Shown one piece after another: positions 56,601-64,000 of a DNA stretch of 64,000 bases. Made by a program: the position numbers and the translations under genes. The DNA comes from Callorhinchus milii. Taxonomy: Eukaryota. Numbering within the stretch: position 1 is the first letter of the stretch; every line of letters starts with the position of its first letter. Below the pieces are notes generated by a model. That model saw only the letters and a program-made list of their open reading frames with translations. It was not told the origin of the DNA and made no database searches. Location: the NCBI RefSeq assembly GCF_018977255.1, contig NW_024704742.1, forward strand, positions 44,270,001 through 44,334,000, given 5' to 3'.

Positions 56601-59600
56601 GCCATTACTATTCCCTTCTGAAACACACTAGAATTTTACAACCAAAAGAGACTTCATTCAATTACATGGCAAAGCAAATGTTGTGTGTGTGTGGATTGTA
56701 ACAAAGCTTCAGATCGTGATATGTCAATATACTATTGTACATTTACAAGATTTTGGGGGTGAAAATCACACGTTATTATATAATAATTCACCTTGTAATT
56801 TTTACCATGTATTAAGTGTCAAAAATTGCAAGCATTTCTTCAGATCAACAAAAAATACATCAAACATTTTTTTTGTATTGTCCTTGCTTCCTGAATGCCT
56901 TCTATCAAATTAGAAAAATCCCTTCTCTCTCAAATAAGAGTTACTTTTTCTTTCCAATATATGAAACAGTAATAATGTTTTGTTTGGTGACTGAGCAAGT
57001 ATTGATGTCAGTGACTAAATTCTGCTGAGGCCGTTAATGGATAAACAATGTCAGCAATAAACAGCCTCAGCTCTGTTGACCTGGATTGTGCAAATCAACA
57101 GGGATTATACTTGTGTAAAGTGACTGGAGCAGAAAAGACTGTAGTTAAGGTCAAACACCCTTCATTACTTTGAGATCACGACCTTTAGCCATTTTTTTGA
57201 AAAAGTTTTGTCCTAACCTTTCCTTTTGTTTTCTTGAAGACTTCTTTTTTTCCAATTGATACATTTTAATGGGTACATGTCACACTCCGAGATTGCTAAA
57301 TGTGAATGAGGAGTGGGAATGTTGGCTGAATTTTCCTTCTCTAACTCAGGATGCTGAAGTCACTTGCACTGTTATCTACTGTTAGGGAAATGTTCGAGGA
57401 AACCTTAGTGGAAGCATGGTCTCTTCAGGGCTAAGTTGGGTCCATGGTGATCTGCTTGGCAATAGAATATCGAATTCTCTGTGGTGGTCTTTGTTATACA
57501 GTTTTTGAGTCAAGCAGATCTGCAGTACTCTGAGGCACTGTTCATGACAGACCAGACAACCTGCATCAAAAGAAGCACTTGCAGGATCAGACCAGTCAGA
57601 GGGGACAGGGAATCTTCCTAGTCAGATTCTATTAACTCTGCAAGTCAAAGCTCTAATAAGTAGGGAGGTCTTAGCTGGACAAACAGTGGATGTCTGCCAC
57701 TATGGCAGGCTGCATGGTTGGTTTTAGTTAGTTAAACTCCAGCATTACGCCAATCCCCTGTGGTTTGGATACTTTTACACCCAGTTGACCAAAACAAAGG
57801 CTAAGATCAACTAAATGAGTACAGACTGGTGATCACATCTGGACTTCAGTGACTCACTAGATAAACTTACTGCGTCACTGGAGAGAAATTTCCAGTAATG
57901 GAATTGACTGTGTTGCTTCATTTTGACATTATATGCTGTATCAAAAGGAAGGATTATTATTAGTAGTATAATAACCCTCTTAGGATTTGTGTAGCTTTTT
58001 AAATTCAAGCAGAGTATCCTGCCTCGCCCAGGATTTGAATCGGAAAAGATTGGGCAAAGTGGAGCTGCACATTTCCATCCCCTGCGGTCTAACTATTCCA
58101 CAGGAATTGGTCCAGAGCAGAGACAGATACAATAGGCTCAGTGGTGTGTATGTTAATCCAGGTGATTGGCGGGGGGTGGGGGAGTGGGGAGCTGTATTAA
58201 TGCAGCTCTCATGTAAAAATAATAATTAAATGTACTTTCCGAAGGGATGAAGATGTTTTATACTTTCATTTTTAATTAAATAAAATAAAGCACAAGACTG
58301 CTTTAAACCGTGACAAGAACAGTAGTGAATGGCATGTGTATGGCTTGGCAAATTGAGGGTAGGCTGGGAACGTGACAGATTTTTGCTTTTGATCTGATTT
58401 TTAAGTCTCACAGCAACCCTCAGCATGAATGTGATAAGGATGTAGATTGTGAGTTTCATGAAGGGTGAACTGTTAAAATCAAGCATGTTCACGGACAGCA
58501 AATTAAAAACAACAGTGATACAACTACTTGCCTGTAAAGTGTCTTCAGAGAACAATCAGACTGACAGGGGAGGGTATTGCATTGGCAGTGTAGACAGCAG
58601 CTCTATCTTACACGTGGGTACCTATTCCTTGAACTTGTCTTCTCTACAGGACCTTAACCAGCATTTATCTAGATACTGAGATCTTCTTATTTTGGATACT
58701 GAATCAGCAATCCTCCACCAAAACTTTTTTTTTAATTGTGTGTGTAAACTAAAATTTTACAAACTTTCTTATGTGCCATAAAATAGTAAAACAAATTAAC
58801 TCTGATATTTTGTGGTATTTGAATGAGGTGTTGGTAAATAAGGTATCTAGGACTGACAAGTCTATTATAATGCTGAGTGTTCATTGACCTGCAGTCACCT
58901 TGTCAATGGGAGACAAGCCGAAAGCAGCACCTACCTTCTTCACAAATAACCGAATAGCCTAAACTACCAGTGTGGTTTATACAAGTGAATGAGTTTCAGA
59001 GCAGTATAGTATCAGAACATGTTTATTGGAGTGAAATGTGACATTCCCCTCTCTGTGAGTTGATTGCACTCTCAATAATGGTGCAATCTAGCTTGTCTCT
59101 TTGTAAAATGTACCATGTTTCTTCATATTTGTCACTGAAAAAAACTGGAAGATAATTTGGTCAAGCAGTATAATTAGTGCTCTGTTTTGCTCTTCAATAA
59201 GCCAATAACCTAACTCTTATTATGATATAAAAATTATGATATAAAAAGCTGGTTTCAATTGTTATCTGCTATTCTTTCTTAGAAATCCCAATCATAGGAT
59301 GTGGGAAAATAATATTTTTCCCTTATACAATCAATAGCAGAATTTTTGTAGATCAGATGTAATTTTTTCTCTCAATCTTTTTTTATTGTATAAAAATTGA
59401 TGCTCAAATTCAAAATGAACAATCCTTGCATTTGATATAGCGCCTTTCACGTCAAAAGTGCTTTGCGAGATTCACTGTAAAGTGTAGTGACTTTTTTTGT
59501 ACAATCTGCAGCAGCCAGAATAAGTGCAAAGCAAGCCATTAAATTGTTGCTGCAGAATAGATTGACATTATTTATGCCTTCTAATGTGTGATAATCATGT

Positions 59601-60229
59601 TTCTAATGCGACTACAATTTTCCTTAGAGACATAACCATTGGCATTCAATATTCCTCGAAGGAATGGTGAATAACAAAGGTCATCGAGAGTCCCAGTGGC
59701 CTCTGACCTCCCAGGGTTATTTATGTGTTAGGGGTTCATTCATAAGCAATATTTTAAAAGGCGCTACACTAACAATGGCATTATGATTGACATCTAAAAG
59801 CTGCCGGAGAACAGTGACAGGAGCAGTGAGGAGAAACTGCGGCATATGATTAATGAACATCTTGGGATGGCATGTCATCCGTAGTATTAGAGAATCATCA
59901 GCAAGGATTTCTACAAGTGGGACAGCTCTATTAAAGCTCAACTGTTAATTAAGCACTTGACTTGCCTCTGGATACTGGTTGCAATCTTTACATTTTATAG
60001 GATAATAGGATTGATATAATGATGCTAAACTATATGAGAAAAGATAAGGTCACTTTCAAAAATTAGATTGTATGTTTGGGTGTACTTGTCTGCTGGAGCT
60101 ACGCTTACCTTTATATAATATAACCCTAATATAAGCAGAATATTATGTTTAGAAGTGCGCTGACAGCCACACACTGTGCTTTGATGCCCTGTATCCCAAA
60201 GGTATGCAGAGATGGGACTTGCCAATTTT

Positions 60230-61900
60230 CAACAACAACAACTTACATTTATATAGCGCCCTCCATGCTGGGCTGCATCCCAGAGCGCTTAACAATGGTG
60301 GAACTGGATGCCGAGCCAGTGGAATGAGGAAGGTGACCATAGGCATGGTCGAAGAGGAAGGTCTTCAGGCGCAACCTGAAAAGGGGGAAAGAGGGGGCCA
60401 GGCATAGGGATTGAGGGAAGGAGTTCCATAGCTTTGGGGCGTAGTGGCTGAAGGTATGAACGCCGATGGTGGAGAGCAGGATTTGAGGGTCAAGGAGGAG
60501 GCTGGACCCAGTAGAGTGGAAGGAGTGGGTGCTGCTGAGGGGAGAGAGGAGGTTAGAGAGATAGGAGTGTGCCAAGGAATGGAGAGATTTAAACACTAGA
60601 GTGAGGATCTTGAAGTTGATCTGCTCTGTGTCAGGGAACCAGTGGAGTTTGGCAAAGACTGGAGTAACCAGGGTGTGGAGTTTGTTGAGGGTGAGAAGGT
60701 GGGCGCGAAGTTTTGGATGAATTGAATTTTTGTGAATAGTGGAGGAGGGGAGATTGGTGAGGAGGGTGCTTGAGTAGTCCAGCCGAGAGGTGATGAAGGC
60801 ATGGACGTGGGTTTCGGCAGATTGTGGAGTGAGATATTGTCGGAGACGGGCAATGAGGTGGAGGAAAGCGGTGCTGGTCAGGGACCAGATGTGGGGGAGG
60901 AAGGATAACTGGGGATCGAACCTGATTCCTAAGTTGCGCAAGGGTTCAGAGAGTTTTAAGGACAGGTTGGATACGTTAAGGAGGTCGGAACTGCAGGACA
61001 GAAGACTTCGACAGGGGCCAAAGAGTATGGCTTCCGACTTGTTGCCATTTAACTGCAAGAAATTTGCGCTCATCCAGCTATTGATGTCTGATAGACACCT
61101 GACAGAACATCAGGGGACTGGGGGGGTCGCAGCTCGAGGAGGAGAAGTAAAGTTGAGTGTTATCCGCATACATGTTGAAATTAATCCTGTGTCTGCAGAT
61201 GATATCACTGAGAAGGAGCATATAGATGAGGGAGAGAAGGGGGCCAAGGATGGATCCTTTGGGTACCTCTCAGATGACCGGGCGAAGGCGAGAAGAAAAA
61301 CCATTTGCAGAAATGTAGTGCTGACAGTTTGTAAGGTAGGATTTGAACCAAGTGAGTGCGGTCCCACTGAGGTGGATGATAGAGGACAAGAAGTGGAGGA
61401 GGATGGCACTATCGATTGAGTCGAATGTGGTGGAGAGGTCCAGGAGGACCAGGAGGCAGAGGGAGTCCTGATCAGAGATAGAGAGGATATCGTTTGTGAC
61501 TTTTACAAGTGTTGTCTCTGTACTGTGGGCAGGGCGGAAACCGGACTGGAGAGGTTCGAGTAAGTTGCGGAGGGAGAAGTGTGAGCGAAGTTGGTTGGCA
61601 ACAACGTTTTCCAAAGCTGTGGCAAGGAAGGGCAGGTTTGTGATAGAGCGGTAGTGCATGGGGTTGGAGGGATTGAGGTTTTTTTTTTAAGGAGTGAGAT
61701 GATGACTGCGGTTTTGAGGGGGAGTGGGACTGATCCTGAGGAGAGGGACTGGTTAATGGTGTCTTCCAGCAGTGGGCAGAGGAGGGGGAGCTGGGTGATT
61801 AACAATTGGATGGGGTGGGGTCGAGGCAGTGGGTGGTGGGTTTCATCAGGGTGTTGGAGGATAAGAGGGAGGAAAGAGAGATGGGGGCAAAAGACAACCT
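60230..61900 (-). mobile_element. L2-clade LINE, 5'-truncated and dead (RT domain + 3' end)
   Basis: Minus-strand frames give YRSITNLPFL, LQSGFRPAHSTET, LLDLSTTFD, VPKGSILGP, YADN (YADD decayed, 61159-61170), [14 protein letters not shown]; frameshifts present; tail GGCGCTATATAAATG..(TTG)n. Confidence 0.95.
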
Positions 61901-64000
61901 CGACTCCAGCACTGGTTCCGTTCACCCGCTAATCTCAACTCACGCACGCACTGGAGTTCACAGGGTAGATTTCCTCACCTGGTTATCTTCAACCGCTGTA
62001 CTCCAGCTCGGATCCTGCTCTGTACTCTAATCCATTTCCACATATATCACAAAGTTTAAGGACGGGACAGGCCAGTCCACGTGGGATAGACTAAAAGTTA
62101 AGATGTTTGGCAACCTGATGCCTACCGTTAGCTATTCGTCTGAGACCAATTTAGAAGCTGGACCGAAACTTGTAGAAGATTAGCTGGTTAGCAGCTGGAA
62201 TCGCTTCCCTTGCCACCTCTCATTTGCTACATGGAAACAGACTCCTGTTAACTGCGGGATATAACTTCAGCCATGTATGACGCTTTGCTCCAGGGATGTC
62301 ATGAATTGCAGACACTGGGCTGTGGGCAGCATTCTCCAGTAATGCTGTTAACAGAGCGAAACAGTCCAGATGTCACATGAGGGGCAGTTCTGTGCAAAAC
62401 TGACAGCCACACACTGTGCCTCAAGACATATTGTTTTTTTCAGCCTGCTTCTGAAGGAGCAAGTTGAAAACATGGAACACGTTATGAGAAGTTAACCGAT
62501 TGATGTCAGCTATTGCCCAGGTATTTGGCCCCTTGAAAAGCGATGAGGTATTTTGTGAAAATTCAGTGTATTATGCATCCTTATTAGCTAAGAAAACATG
62601 AAGGAAGTTAGTTCATATCATTTTCATTTTATTTTTGTGCAAAGCTTCCTTCGCCCACAATAGCTTTTCATCTTTCATTCAAGGCCTTTGTCTTTACTAT
62701 CACTTTCTATGGTCTTTCCACCTACTCATTCAGCATGCATGATGGAGAATAGTCTAACCTAGTTATACATTTTAATTATTTTGTTGAAAACTTGCCCTCC
62801 TTTAGAGGAAAGATTACTTGGCAAAGGAAGCCACCAGGCTTGGGACCATTTCTTGCAATCATATAGAGTCAAAATTGTTTGTCCTTTATTTAAGGAATGG
62901 TGTTCAAATGTGCATTAAAAAATCACCCAACCAACTTCTGAATAATAGCATCCTAAACTCAGATGTAAAGCCCTGGCTGCTGCCACCTTGGATTCTTGTT
63001 CAGCGGGTATTATTTTTGATCGTGGCCTCTCGGAACTTATTTGAGATATGCTGGCCTAACTTGGTACCTGCGAATAATGTGGAGAGAAATTTTCTGCACC
63101 CACAAGCAACATGAGAGATTGTAGGATGAGGAGGGTGGGCTTTCAGCCAGGTTTGTGTGCTGCCACTGATCAAAAATCTAGCAGGTGGGGGGGATTTCAA
63201 AACTTTGTCAAGTCTTAAATAACAAAATTAATGTGCTCAGGAACACCACAATTTTTTTTACTGCACAGTTACTAAACATTCTAATTAACATTCTTTAGGG
63301 GGTTTCAGACGATATGTTTATTTACAGTGCCTGGTAAAGACGTCACCCGTTTCTCAGACTGATATTTTCAGGGACCTGTAATATCAGCAGATAGTCAGTA
63401 GCCTAAGGGGGCTTCAGCATCAAATGTATACATTAATTCAGCTCCTTCACATTGACAAGCTCAGGATCCAGTGATGCCATCAGCACTTGGGGTTTAAACC
63501 ACCAAGCTCCTCACCAACTTGACATTAGAAATTAAAAGGATGTTAGTTAATCATTCTAACAGTGTGATATTTAAAGGGGTCCTGATTGTGAGGCTTTCTC
63601 ATAAAATGCATGACTTGAAAAGTGCTTTTGTCTTGGCATTAACATGTTTAACAAATTATGTTTAACTTTATCTGTGGTCAGGCTTTCAACCTATCTGCCC
63701 TATTCTCTGGAACTCCATTCTGGAGTCTCTCTGACTTGCCTCCTCCCTTGCCTCTTTTAAGGTCACTCTCAAGATCCTCCTCTTTTACTGCATCTTTGGT
63801 CATTTTTCCCCTCTTCCTACCACCTCCCTTAGCTCCTCCCTCTCCCCAGCTCTCACCCTCAGCTTGTGTGCAAACCCTGGATTATCAGTGCCTTGGATGA
63901 CCTCCTGACATGGAAGGCGCTATATGAATGTAAATTTGTTGCTATCCAGTATTAGACAATTCATAGGCATAAATTATAATGAAGGGATTTTATATTTTTG

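Noticed and set aside
60249..61073. 274-aa ORF as a functional gene
   Set aside because: C-terminal part of L2 ORF2; the upstream RT is frameshifted and YADD reads YADN.
60790..61419. 209-aa plus-strand ORF
   Set aside because: Antisense shadow of the L2 RT region.

Overview
Vertebrate genomic DNA, not prokaryotic. The repeat landscape (L2 LINEs with (TTG)n tails, CR1 remnants, Deu-domain SINEs and a tRNA-Ala-like SINE) points to a cartilaginous fish, possibly a chimaera; this is inference. One protein-coding gene is present on the + strand: a stromal interaction molecule (STIM) ER Ca2+ sensor. Ten GT-AG coding exons (4967-41546) splice in frame to 635 aa plus stop, covering hidden EF-hand, SAM, TM, CC1, CAD/SOAR, inhibitory region and polybasic tail. 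The signal-peptide and canonical EF-hand exons lie upstream of the window. The C-terminal half is STIM2-type, but many CC1/SOAR residues are STIM1-type, including the Orai-gating Phe (STIM1 F394). It also lacks SxIP motifs and has an acidic C-terminal extension, so it may be a distinct third vertebrate STIM paralog rather than the STIM2 ortholog. Non-coding observations: an intronic 67-nt pre-miRNA-like hairpin, a divergent CTCF motif pair, three L2 insertions at the same hairpin of CR1 3' ends, an unclassified 3-copy repeat, local duplications and a 35-bp minisatellite. The last ~18 kb has no recognisable host exons. Comparisons with human STIM1/2 are from memory and were not computed. Repeat boundaries are approximate.
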